DNA of 64,000 nt from Myxococcota bacterium (lineage in GTDB: Bacteria; Myxococcota_A; UBA796; CAJQPC01), in assembly GCA_036012755.1 (NCBI GenBank), contig DASCPX010000016.1, forward strand, positions 32,001-96,000, written 5' to 3'. The notes beneath the pieces were generated by a model. The model had not been told where the DNA came from, ran no database searches, and saw only the letters and a list, made by a program, of their open reading frames with translations. The stretch's first letter is position 1. The number at the start of each line of letters is the position of its first letter. A program made the translations under genes and the position numbers. Positions 51,629 to 60,854 of the stretch are shown piece after piece.

Positions 51629-53500
51629 GTGCTGCTGCTGTGCGCCTGGCCCGCCCAGGCCGGGGTCAACGCCCAGGCGCTCCAGACCCGCGACGGAGGC
51701 GACTGGATCGCCCTGCGAGAGGCCGAGGCCGGGCCTCCATGGACCGCGGCGCTGGCATACGGCACCCACTACAGCAGGGATCTCGTCGTCTTCATCGATG
51801 CCGACGGCGAGCAGATCCTGCTGGGCCAGGTCTGGACCACCGAGCTCGGCGTGTCCGTGATGTTCGGCGAGCACCTCCGCGTCGGGGCCGCCTTGCCGCG
51901 CCACACCTGGATCGTCTGGAGGGGCGAGCTCTCCGACGAGAAGCGCCTCGGGGACGTGGGCCTCTGGACGACCATCCCCCTGAAGCGGCCATCACAAGAG
52001 AGCCCCCTGGCCCTGGCGTGGACGGTCTCGACCGACTTCGCCACCGGCCCCTCGCACCTCTACCTGGGCGACCCGGGGGGCTCCGTGATGGGTCACCTCG
52101 CGGCCGAGCGGAGCCTCTACGGCCCGCTGTCGATGGCAGCGAACGCCGGGCTCGAGCTCCGCTCCGACACAGAGCTCCCCGGCACCACCTGGGGGAACCG
52201 CTTCGAGTACGGGGTGGGCCTGGCCTCGCACATCGCGGGGCCCTTCCACGTCAACACGGAGCTCTTCGGCTCCACCCCCTTTCGTGGCGAGAGCACCGCC
52301 GCGAACTACCCGGTCGAGGTCCTCGCCGCGGCCCGCTTCGACCTCCCGGCCGACTTCGTGCTCTCGGTCGGAGGTGGCACGGGCCTCACCCGCGGCCTCG
52401 GCAGCCCCAGCGTGCGCGGCTTCGCGATGCTGGACCATCGCCCCCGGCAGCGCCCGGACAGCGACGGCGACGGCCTCGACGACCTTCGTGACCTCTGCCC
52501 GAATGACCCAGAGGACTTCGACGACTGGCAGGACAAGGACGGCTGCCCCGAAGAGGACAACGACGAAGACGGCCTCGTCGATCGAGAGGACAGCTGCCCG
52601 AACGACCCAGAGGTCGAAAACGGCTACCGCGACCTCGACGGCTGCCCGGACCGCCTCGTCACCGTGCGCCTGCGCGTGGTCTCACCGGCGCCAGAGCTGG
52701 AGCAGGCCACCATCAACCTCGGCGAGTTCGCCCCCAGCGGCCTGCTCCCCGGTGAGTGGTTCACCGTCGAGCTGCCGCCGACGACCTTCTCGATGCGGGT
52801 CACAGGAGAGGGGCACCTCCCCTACGAGGGCCTCTTGGAGGTCCCGGACGAGGAGCTCTACGAGCTGGAGATCCCGCTCTCACCCATCCTCTTCGGCGAT
52901 CTGAGCCTGCGCCTGGAGGACCCCTCCGGAGAGCCCCTGGCCGGCTGGCTCCGTGGCATCGAGCAGGGCCTGTTGCCCGTCCCAGCCGAGGGCGCCACCC
53001 TGCGGCTGCAGACCGGTCCCCACGAGCTCCTGCTCGTCGCCCCGAGCCACACGCCGGCGCGGCTCACGGTGGAGGTGGAGCCGGAGAACCCGTGGACCGA
53101 GGTCGTCGTGCTCCAGCCCTCCGGGGTGGCGCTGGAGGACAACCGGATCGTGCTCGACGGCCTCATCGAGTTCGAGCTGGACTCGAGCGTGCTGTTGCCC
53201 GAGTCCGACAGCCTGCTCGACGAGGTCGCGGCGCTGTTGCTGTCCCACCCCGACATCGAGCTCCTTCGGGTCGAAGGCCACGCGGACGAGTCGGGGGACT
53301 CCCGCTACAACCTGGAGCTCTCCCAGGCACGCGCGGAGGCAGTCGTCGCCTACCTCGTCGAGGCAGGAGTGGACGCGGAGCACCTCCAGGCCCTCGGCAC
53401 TGGAGAGGCAGAGCCCCTGTCCGAGGAGTCAAGGTCTCGTCGGGTTTCCTTCACCGTGCTCGTCTGGGACGACGAAGCCGGCCGACCGGAGCTACCGTGA
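51629..53500 (+). CDS. OmpA family protein (beta-barrel, TSP3-like repeats, PEGA-like domains, OmpA C-terminal domain)
   Basis: DSDGDG..D..D.CP..PED.D..QD.DGCP; RVEGHAD and YNLELSQARAEAV motifs. Confidence 0.88.
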   Translation: MLLLCAWPAQAGVNAQALQTRDGGDWIALREAEAGPPWTAALAYGTHYSRDLVVFIDADGEQILLGQVWTTELGVSVMFGEHLRVGAALPRHTWIVWRGELSDEKRLGDVGLWTTIPLKRPSQESPLALAWTVSTDFATGPSHLYLGDPGGSVMGHLAAERSLYGPLSMAANAGLELRSDTELPGTTWGNRFEYGVGLASHIAGPFHVNTELFGSTPFRGESTAANYPVEVLAAARFDLPADFVLSVGGGTGLTRGLGSPSVRGFAMLDHRPRQRPDSDGDGLDDLRDLCPNDPEDFDDWQDKDGCPEEDNDEDGLVDREDSCPNDPEVENGYRDLDGCPDRLVTVRLRVVSPAPELEQATINLGEFAPSGLLPGEWFTVELPPTTFSMRVTGEGHLPYEGLLEVPDEELYELEIPLSPILFGDLSLRLEDPSGEPLAGWLRGIEQGLLPVPAEGATLRLQTGPHELLLVAPSHTPARLTVEVEPENPWTEVVVLQPSGVALEDNRIVLDGLIEFELDSSVLLPESDSLLDEVAALLLSHPDIELLRVEGHADESGDSRYNLELSQARAEAVVAYLVEAGVDAEHLQALGTGEAEPLSEESRSRRVSFTVLVWDDEAGRPELP

Positions 53501-53507
53501 GAGCCCG

Positions 53508-54434
53508 ATGCTCCTGTTGATCGCCTGCACCAAGACCCCGGAGCCTGGCGACAGCTCCGCCGATCTGCCCGATCCGGTGGGCGATCCCGACACCGTCGAG
53601 CTCCTCGGCATGTGTCCCCTGGCCGATCACCTCGGGGGCTTCATCGTCGAGGTCGCTCCCGACACCTCCATCGTCGACGGCCGCGTCCGGGACGGGGTCG
53701 TGCCGATCACCGTACTCACAGAGGTGACGAGGCTCGACGAGTGCGCTCTGTTGCGCCGGGAGAACCCCTACTGCGACCCGGACTGCGAGATCGACGAGGC
53801 CTGCGACCTCGACGAGACCTGCATCCCCTACCCCTCTGACGTGGACCTGGGCACGGTCACCCTCGCTGGCCTCGAAGAAGACCTGCGCATGGAGCCGGTC
53901 ACCCCCGGCTTCCGCTACTTCGACACCTCCCTGTCCCACCCGGCCCTGGCCGGCGGAGAGCTCCTGGAGCTCCACGCCTACGGGGCGCTGGACGAGGTGG
54001 TGCTCCACGGGGTCGGCCCGACACCCCTGGTGGCCGAGCTGGAAGAAGACCTCGTCGTCGTCGAAGGCAGCGCCCTGAGCTTGTCCTGGGAGGGGGACCC
54101 TGGGGGCCGCAGCAGCCTGGCGCTCCAGCTGTCGATCGACCAGCACGGCTCCTCGCCCCTGCGCATCGTCTGCGAGCTGGAGGACGACGGCGCCGGAGAG
54201 GTCCCCGTCGAGCTCGTCGAGGCGCTGCTCGGCGGAGGCGTGACCGGCTACCCCAACGCCACCCTCACCCGCCACACGGCGGACCTCGCAGAGATCGACG
54301 GCGGCTGCGTGGACCTCGAGGTCTCGAGCCCCCTGCCGGTGGGCGTGCGGGTCGAGGGCTACATCCCCTGCACCGACGAGGACGACTGTCCGCCCACCAT
54401 GGACTGCAACACGGAGATCGAGCTTTGTCAGTGA
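53508..54434 (+). CDS. Cys-rich hypothetical lipoprotein
   Basis: Starts MLLLIAC; P.CDP.C...E.C.....C and C-terminal C..D.DCP....C......C motifs. Confidence 0.72.
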   Translation: MLLLIACTKTPEPGDSSADLPDPVGDPDTVELLGMCPLADHLGGFIVEVAPDTSIVDGRVRDGVVPITVLTEVTRLDECALLRRENPYCDPDCEIDEACDLDETCIPYPSDVDLGTVTLAGLEEDLRMEPVTPGFRYFDTSLSHPALAGGELLELHAYGALDEVVLHGVGPTPLVAELEEDLVVVEGSALSLSWEGDPGGRSSLALQLSIDQHGSSPLRIVCELEDDGAGEVPVELVEALLGGGVTGYPNATLTRHTADLAEIDGGCVDLEVSSPLPVGVRVEGYIPCTDEDDCPPTMDCNTEIELCQ

Positions 54435-55846
54435 TCCTCTGGCTCGCCTGCACAGGCAACACCGTGCCCGGAGTCGGCGACTCCAGCGAGAGCGCGCTAC
54501 CCGACAGCGGCGACAGCGGTGACTCGGCGGAGCCCATCGATGTCTGCGAGTCCCTCCCCGAAGGCCCCTACGACGAGCGCCAGCTCAGCGGCTTCACCAA
54601 CTCAGAGGACTTCGCCTTCGGCAACGACGGCCGCATGTACTCGGTGAACTGGAACGGCCACCTCGTCTGGCACACCTACGACGGCGACAGCGACACGGTG
54701 CTCCCCCGCCTCGGCGAGGCCGCCGGCATGGAGATGATGGCTGACGGCTCGCTGGTCATAGCCAACGTCTCCGACGGCACGGTCATCCGGGTGGACACAG
54801 AGGACGGGAGCTCCGAGACCCTGATGTCCGGCATCCCCTACCCCAACGGCATCACCATCGACCAGGACGGCGTGGTCTACGTGAGCGAGCACACCCGCGG
54901 GAACGTGCGGCGCTACGACCCGGAGACCGGCGAGTCCGAGCTCATCGCGCGCGGGCTCTACAACCCCAACGGCATGGCCTTCTCTCCCGACTGGCAGACC
55001 CTCTACGTCAACAGCTTCGGGGGCGGCACGGTCCACGCGATCCGACGTGACGGCGAGGGCTTCGCCGAGCCCGAGCTCTTCGGCTCCGTCCTCGAACAGA
55101 ACAGCGAGGTCTGCGAGGACCGCGACGACGGCGAGGTCTGCGTGGAGGACTACCTCATCGGCGCCTGCGAGGCCGGCCTGTGCGCCACGGAGAGCGACAC
55201 CGACGCCTGCGACGCGCTGGCCGAGGGAGACCCCTGCGTCACCACCCGCGCAGGGGAGTCCTTCGAGTCCATCTGCACCACCACCACAGAGGGCAGCCTC
55301 ACCTGTCCCCAGGTGGACGAGGCCCACCTCGCGGGCTGCATGGGCAAGTCCGTCGACGAGAGCTGCAAGGTCACCGACGGCGGCAACGGCTACTGCTACG
55401 AGACCGGGGACGACGTGCTGTCCTGCCTCGACTACGACGAGTGGGAGCACGACGCCATCGAGGCCTGCCAGGGCCAGTCCTCCGGCGAGCCCTGCCAGGT
55501 CTTCACCCAGGGCTACCCCTACGAAGGAGAGTGCGTCGACTACGGCGTCAACTACTGCCTCGGCGAGGGCTACGGCTCCGGGGGCCTCGACGGCCTCGAC
55601 GTCGACGAGTGCGGAAACGTCTATGTCACCGAGTACATCAAGGGCATCGTGTGGCGCATGGACAGCGAGACCGGCGAAGCCGAGAACATCCTGGAGCTGG
55701 ACTCGAGCTGGATCCCCAACCTCCACTGGGGCAGCGGCGTGGGAGGATGGGAAGAGGACATCCTCTACGTCATGGATCGCGACACAAATGGCATCTACGC
55801 AGTCGAGATCGGCTTGAAGGGCCGCCCCACCGCGGTGCGCCCATGA
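54431..55846 (+). CDS. SMP-30/gluconolactonase-like beta-propeller lipoprotein with a Cys-rich insertion
   Basis: SEDFAF, PNGI, PNGMAFSPD..TLYV, LDGL.VDECGNVYV and PNLHWG motifs. Confidence 0.82.
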   Translation: MILWLACTGNTVPGVGDSSESALPDSGDSGDSAEPIDVCESLPEGPYDERQLSGFTNSEDFAFGNDGRMYSVNWNGHLVWHTYDGDSDTVLPRLGEAAGMEMMADGSLVIANVSDGTVIRVDTEDGSSETLMSGIPYPNGITIDQDGVVYVSEHTRGNVRRYDPETGESELIARGLYNPNGMAFSPDWQTLYVNSFGGGTVHAIRRDGEGFAEPELFGSVLEQNSEVCEDRDDGEVCVEDYLIGACEAGLCATESDTDACDALAEGDPCVTTRAGESFESICTTTTEGSLTCPQVDEAHLAGCMGKSVDESCKVTDGGNGYCYETGDDVLSCLDYDEWEHDAIEACQGQSSGEPCQVFTQGYPYEGECVDYGVNYCLGEGYGSGGLDGLDVDECGNVYVTEYIKGIVWRMDSETGEAENILELDSSWIPNLHWGSGVGGWEEDILYVMDRDTNGIYAVEIGLKGRPTAVRP

Positions 55847-57789
55847 TCCTCTGGGCGCTGGTGTCCTGCAACGGCGAGATGCCGGACGAGGGCTGGGAGT
55901 GCATCCACAGCGGTGACGAGCGCCCGGCGTTCCTTCAGCAGCTGGGCTGCGAGGCGGACTTCGACGCCCTCGCCGCCGCCCCGCTCGACGCCTCGATCCC
56001 GGGAGCCCGGAGCACCAAGACCGTCGTCGATCGGGCAGACGACGACTCGCTCTACTTCCAGGACTCGGAGCGCTACCAGATCCACTGGGAGTTCGCCTTC
56101 GAGCACCTCTCCGGGGACGGGCTGCCCATCGTCGACGAGCTCGGGGCCTTCAACGAGACCGAGTACACCTCGCCAGAGCGCCGCTTCGTGCTCGGAGCCC
56201 TGACCATCTACGAGGAGCCGAACGTGTGGGCGTGGGAGGTCAGCCCCTACGACACGGCCACGGCGGACATGATCACGCTGGCCTACCGCAAGATCCGCGA
56301 CAACAGCTGGATCGGAGAGGAGCTCTACTTCCACCCGACCAGCGAGAGCGTCGCAGAGGTGGCAGAGGACCTGCCCTCCGACGTGAAGGTCATCACCACC
56401 GAAGAGCTCTTCGCGGGCATCACCTACCAGCCCCTGAACCTCGGCACCTCGATGGGCAAGTTGCGCTTCTACGAGGACCCGGAGGAGGAGATCCCGAACT
56501 TCCGCGAGATCGTCGTGCTGCCCGCGGTCCCCAACGACATGCCCGTGGTGATGGGCATCGTCACCGACGCCTTCCAGACACCGCTTGCCCACATCAACGT
56601 CCTGTCCCAGAACCGCGGCACGCCCAACATGGCGCTCATCGGCGCCTGGCAGCACCCGGAGCTCCGCGCGCTGGAGGACCTCTGGGTCGAGCTCACGGTC
56701 GAGGCCCACGACTGGTCCGTCCGCGAGGTCACCCAGGAAGAGGCCGACGCCTGGTGGGAGGGCTTCCGTCCGGAGCCCCTCGACGTGACGTCGATGGACC
56801 TCTCGATCCAGGAGATCCTGCCCATCGAAGAGGTGGTGGACCTGGAGCTGGGCCTCGTGCCAGCGCTGGACGCCGCCGTGCCGGCCTTCGGGGGAAAGGC
56901 GAGCCACTTCGCGGTGATGTCCCACTCCCCAGATGCCATCCCGATGCCGACAGCCTCTGCGATGCCGGTCTACTTCTACGACCGCTTCATGGAGGAAAAT
57001 GGCTTCTGGGACGAGGTCGACGAGATGATGGCGGATCCCGACTTCACCGGGGACGCCCTGACCCGGGACGGACGCCTGCGACGCCTGCGCAGCGACATGC
57101 GCCGGGCCCCGATCGACGAGGAGTTCCTCGCCGAGCTCGAGGCCTACGTGAGGGAGAACCACTCCGGCCACCGGGTGCGCTTCCGGTCCTCGACCAACGC
57201 AGAGGACGTCTCTGGCTTCAACGGCGCCGGCCTCTACACCTCCCAGAGCGGTGATCCCGACGACCCGGAGCGCCCCATCGAGGACGCCCTGCGAGAGGTC
57301 TGGGCGAGCTGCTGGTCCTTCCGCGCCTACGAAGAGCGCAGCTACTACGGCATCGACCACACGGACATCGGCATGGCCGTGTTGATGCACCGCAGCTTCC
57401 CCTCAGAGGACGCCAACGGGGTCGCGATCACCGCCAACATCTTCGACACCTCCGGGCTCGAGCCCGCTTTCTACGTGAACGTGCAGTACGGGGACAACTC
57501 GGTCGTGCTGCCGGACGAGGGCGTCACGACCGACCGCTACCTCCACTACTTCGACAACGTCGGCCAGCCGGTGGTCTACCTGGGTCACAGCAACCTGGTG
57601 CCGGACGGAGAGAACGTGCTGACCGAGACCCAGATCAAGGAGCTGAGCTTCGGCCTCGACGCGATCCACGACGTCTTCTACGACGCCTACGGGCACGAAT
57701 CCTTCTACGGAATGGACGTGGAGTTCAAGTTCGACCAGGGCGATCTGTACATCAAGCAGGCGCGGCCCTACCCGGGGCGTGGCGAGTGA
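55843..57789 (+). CDS. PEP/pyruvate-binding (PPDK_N ATP-grasp) domain lipoprotein
   Basis: Starts MILWALVSC; FGGKA, RFRSSTNAED..GFNGAGLY, VWAS, MAVL and DVEF...LYIKQARP motifs. Confidence 0.88.
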   Translation: MILWALVSCNGEMPDEGWECIHSGDERPAFLQQLGCEADFDALAAAPLDASIPGARSTKTVVDRADDDSLYFQDSERYQIHWEFAFEHLSGDGLPIVDELGAFNETEYTSPERRFVLGALTIYEEPNVWAWEVSPYDTATADMITLAYRKIRDNSWIGEELYFHPTSESVAEVAEDLPSDVKVITTEELFAGITYQPLNLGTSMGKLRFYEDPEEEIPNFREIVVLPAVPNDMPVVMGIVTDAFQTPLAHINVLSQNRGTPNMALIGAWQHPELRALEDLWVELTVEAHDWSVREVTQEEADAWWEGFRPEPLDVTSMDLSIQEILPIEEVVDLELGLVPALDAAVPAFGGKASHFAVMSHSPDAIPMPTASAMPVYFYDRFMEENGFWDEVDEMMADPDFTGDALTRDGRLRRLRSDMRRAPIDEEFLAELEAYVRENHSGHRVRFRSSTNAEDVSGFNGAGLYTSQSGDPDDPERPIEDALREVWASCWSFRAYEERSYYGIDHTDIGMAVLMHRSFPSEDANGVAITANIFDTSGLEPAFYVNVQYGDNSVVLPDEGVTTDRYLHYFDNVGQPVVYLGHSNLVPDGENVLTETQIKELSFGLDAIHDVFYDAYGHESFYGMDVEFKFDQGDLYIKQARPYPGRGE

Positions 57790-58277
57790 TCTGGCTGCTG
57801 GCGTGCAACGGGGTTCCAGACGACACGGACTCCCAGGAAAGTGATCCACAGGTTGTGGACAGCTCTGTGGACCCGCCGTTTTTGGCCGATCACCTCGTGA
57901 TCAACGAGCTCGTCTCCCTGGGGACCGGGGGAGACTGGGTGGAGTTGTTCAACCCGACCAGCGAGGAGATCGATCTCTCGACCTGGGAGATCACAGACGA
58001 CGCAGAGAACGACGTGTTGGCCTGGCGCCTGCCAGAGGACATCTCCATCGCAGCGGGGGGCTACTTCCTCATCTGGTGCGACAACGGCGCGGACGGACTC
58101 CACACGGACTTCCAGCTCTCCCAGGGCGAACACATCACGATCTATTCCGAGCTGGGCCTGCGCGTAGACGAGGTAGAGGTCCCCTCGCTCATCGTCGACC
58201 AGGCAGCTGCGCGCATCCCAGACGGCTGGAGCACCTGGGAGGCCCAGGACCCCACCCCCGAAGCCAGCAACGAGTAG
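57786..58277 (+). CDS. Lamin-tail-domain (LTD) lipoprotein
   Basis: Starts MIWLLAC; LVINE, DWVELFNP....IDLS.W.ITD, H.DF.LS.GE, R.PDG and PTP..SN motifs. Confidence 0.85.
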   Translation: MIWLLACNGVPDDTDSQESDPQVVDSSVDPPFLADHLVINELVSLGTGGDWVELFNPTSEEIDLSTWEITDDAENDVLAWRLPEDISIAAGGYFLIWCDNGADGLHTDFQLSQGEHITIYSELGLRVDEVEVPSLIVDQAAARIPDGWSTWEAQDPTPEASNE

Positions 58278-58282
58278 CCATC

Positions 58283-58735
58283 TTGGAACCAAACAACGCC
58301 CTCGTCCTGGGTGGCGCCCTCGGAGCCCTGGTCGGCTGCGGCGTCTGCGCCGCCATCGCCATCCCGAACTTCGTCCAAATGCAATACCGAGCCAAGCGCG
58401 CGGAGGTGCCGGCGAACATCGCCGGGCTCATGACCGCCGAGTTGGCCTTCGACGCCGCCTTCGACGAGTGGGTCTTTTGCCCCGAGCCCTTCCCCAGGCC
58501 GATCGAGGCCCTTGGCCGCGACGCGGTCGAGTGGCCCGCAGGGTCCTGCTATGACGAGCTCGGCTGGGCGCCTGACGGACAGGTCCGGGGCACCTACTGG
58601 GTCGAGGAGAGACAGGAGGACTGGGGCTTCGTGGTCCACGGCATGATCGACCTCGACCGAGACGGCGTCCCAGCCCACTACACGGCTACGAAGTCGATGA
58701 ACGCCACGATGCTGACGCCCACGGACGTCTATTGA
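58283..58735 (+). CDS. Type IV pilin-like protein lacking a prepilin cleavage motif
   Basis: AAIAIPNF..MQ.RAK.AE...N..G..TAE, LGW.P.G.VRGTY and DLD.DG motifs; TTG start uncertain. Confidence 0.65.
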   Translation: MEPNNALVLGGALGALVGCGVCAAIAIPNFVQMQYRAKRAEVPANIAGLMTAELAFDAAFDEWVFCPEPFPRPIEALGRDAVEWPAGSCYDELGWAPDGQVRGTYWVEERQEDWGFVVHGMIDLDRDGVPAHYTATKSMNATMLTPTDVY

Positions 58736-58814
58736 CCGGCCTCGCGGTGGACCTGCAGGTCTGGCTCGACGGCAAGATCGACTGAGCGGCCGGAACTGTG
58801 ACAGGCTCTCGGCC

Positions 58815-59080
58815 ATGTCTTGGAAGACCCTCGCCATCCTCTCCGCCGGCCCGGCCGCAGGCTCGCTGATCCACAACCTCCTGCCCGTCTCCGACGCCAA
58901 CGCGATGACCGCCGATGGCCAGTGCTGGGTAGAGACCCGAAACGACGCTAAGAAGTTCGAAGACGGCGTCAACGTGAAGGTCGGCGAGGGCTTCAAGAAC
59001 ATCGAGTACCAGTACACCGTCTACCAGGTCAACGGGCAGGTCTTGCAAGCGAGGAGGATGAATCAACGTCGTTGGTTCAC
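58815..59080 (+). CDS. Small hypothetical secreted protein, 3' end unclear
   Basis: MSWKTLAILSAG...; coding-like to about 59050, then runs antisense through the next gene without a stop. Confidence 0.35.
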
Positions 59081-59081
59081 C

Positions 59082-59660
59082 TCAGAACTGGTAGAGCGCT
59101 TCCAGCCCGAACTGTGTACCCCAGAACAACACCTCGGTGAAGTCGTCCTCGTAGAAGGGCGCCAGCAGCATCGCTCTTGCGCTGGCACGCACGCCGATGA
59201 CCTCCTTCTTCACCTGGAGGTCGACCCCCCCGACGAAGGCGCTGTCGACCTCGAGGAGGCGCTCGTGGTTCGGGGTGAAGTTGGGGGTGAGATCCGCGCT
59301 CCACGCCACAGAGGGCCCGGCCCGCAACAGCACGTCCCAGCTCAGGCTCTTCGGCTGCTTGTGGGGAATCCGGAAGCCCGGCAGCACGTAGATGCCGTGC
59401 CGGAGCCGGAAGTACTCGCTGGGCGAGAGGTCCTTCTCCAGGGCGTGCTCGTCGGTGAGCAGCGCCGGAGAGAAGAAGGCGCCGAGGTCGACATAGATCG
59501 AGCGCGTCATGCGGGAGTCGAAGCCCAGCATGAAGCCGGAGCTGCGGGGGCCCTTCACCATGGAGTAGCCGGCGTGGATCTTCACCTCGGGGTCCAGGGC
59601 CGGACGAGCGGCGTCTGCCGGGGCGACCAGGAAACCGACGATGAACAACAAGAGCGACAT
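59082..59660 (-). CDS. Small outer-membrane beta-barrel protein
   Basis: Signal peptide ending ADA; alternating strands; C-terminal GLEALYQF. Confidence 0.7.
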   Translation of the reverse strand: MSLLLFIVGFLVAPADAARPALDPEVKIHAGYSMVKGPRSSGFMLGFDSRMTRSIYVDLGAFFSPALLTDEHALEKDLSPSEYFRLRHGIYVLPGFRIPHKQPKSLSWDVLLRAGPSVAWSADLTPNFTPNHERLLEVDSAFVGGVDLQVKKEVIGVRASARAMLLAPFYEDDFTEVLFWGTQFGLEALYQF

Positions 59661-59714
59661 GCTCTCCCTCCGGGCGACTTTGTGGGCTTGGGGTGGGCGT
59701 GAGCCCTGGCAGAG

Positions 59715-60854
59715 TTAGCCCTCGAAGAGGTGGCCGGCCACCGCGAGGAGCCCGTGAAGATCGTGGACCTCGTGCTCCAGCCGCGGGACCTCGACGAGCA
59801 CGCCGCCGGCGATCGGGCTGACCCGGCTGATCAGCTCGCCCTCCGTGCCCGCCTGCTGCCGTAGCCTCCCGTGAGCCGCCCCCAGGCGAGCGACCAGGCT
59901 CGCTGCCGTGCGTGGCTCGAGGTCGCTCGCGAGCTCCCGCGCGGCCTCGCCGAGCAGCACCCCCGCCTCGAGCGCCCCAGCGGCGCTGACGTGGACCTGG
60001 TTCACGATGAGCCCTCCGCGCGGGTAGTCGTGCTTCCTCAGCTCCTCGGCGAAGAAGCCGGCCACCTCGACGCTGGGCTCCGTCGGAGCGCAGACCGTGA
60101 GGAAGCGCGTGTCGTTGCTGCGGAACAGATCCAGGACGCGCTCGTGACGTTCCCGAAAGCCATCGACCATGTCCTTGAAGAGCTGCAGGAACTCTGCGAG
60201 ATCACCCAGGAATTCACTGCCGAAGACATAGCCGAGCAATCGCCAGACGATGGCTCCGGTGCCATGCACGACGCTCGAGAGCAACCCCGTGCTGGGGGGC
60301 AGCAGGAACCAGTCGATGACCTGCCGGTCCATGAAGCGCGAGAGCCGGCCCGGGGCCTCGAAGAAGTCCAGCGCGTTCTTCACCGGGGGCGTGTCCAGCA
60401 CGACGAGGTCATAGTTGCCGCTTACCACCACGTCGTGGAGCTTCTCCGCCGCCATGTACTCCTGGCTGCCGGCGAAGGTGTCGCTCATCGTCTGGTAGAT
60501 GGGGTTCGCCAGGATGCGCCTGGCGGTGGCCTCGTCGGGGGCGGTGCTGCGAATGAGCTGGTCGAAGGTGGTGCGCGTGTCGAGCATCATCGCGTACAGC
60601 TCGCCGCCCTCAGAGAAGTCCAACTCACTGAGATCGATGCGCTTCTCAGCGTTTCCGAACTCCGACAGACCCAAGCTGTTGGCCAGCCGCCGCGCCGGGT
60701 CGATCGTCAGGACCAGGACCTTGCGGCCCTGCTTCGCCCCCCAGAGCGCGATGGTCGCTGCGACTGTCGTCTTGCCCACACCCCCGCTGCCCACACAGAC
60801 GATGAGAGTGCGTTCACCAACGACGGTGTCGAGGGTCTGGCGGGCTCCGTTCAC
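59715..60854 (-). CDS. ArsA/GET3-family ATPase
   Basis: GSGGVGKTT, TIDPARRLA, LDTPP and VNQV motifs. Confidence 0.9.
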   Translation of the reverse strand: MNGARQTLDTVVGERTLIVCVGSGGVGKTTVAATIALWGAKQGRKVLVLTIDPARRLANSLGLSEFGNAEKRIDLSELDFSEGGELYAMMLDTRTTFDQLIRSTAPDEATARRILANPIYQTMSDTFAGSQEYMAAEKLHDVVVSGNYDLVVLDTPPVKNALDFFEAPGRLSRFMDRQVIDWFLLPPSTGLLSSVVHGTGAIVWRLLGYVFGSEFLGDLAEFLQLFKDMVDGFRERHERVLDLFRSNDTRFLTVCAPTEPSVEVAGFFAEELRKHDYPRGGLIVNQVHVSAAGALEAGVLLGEAARELASDLEPRTAASLVARLGAAHGRLRQQAGTEGELISRVSPIAGGVLVEVPRLEHEVHDLHGLLAVAGHLFEG

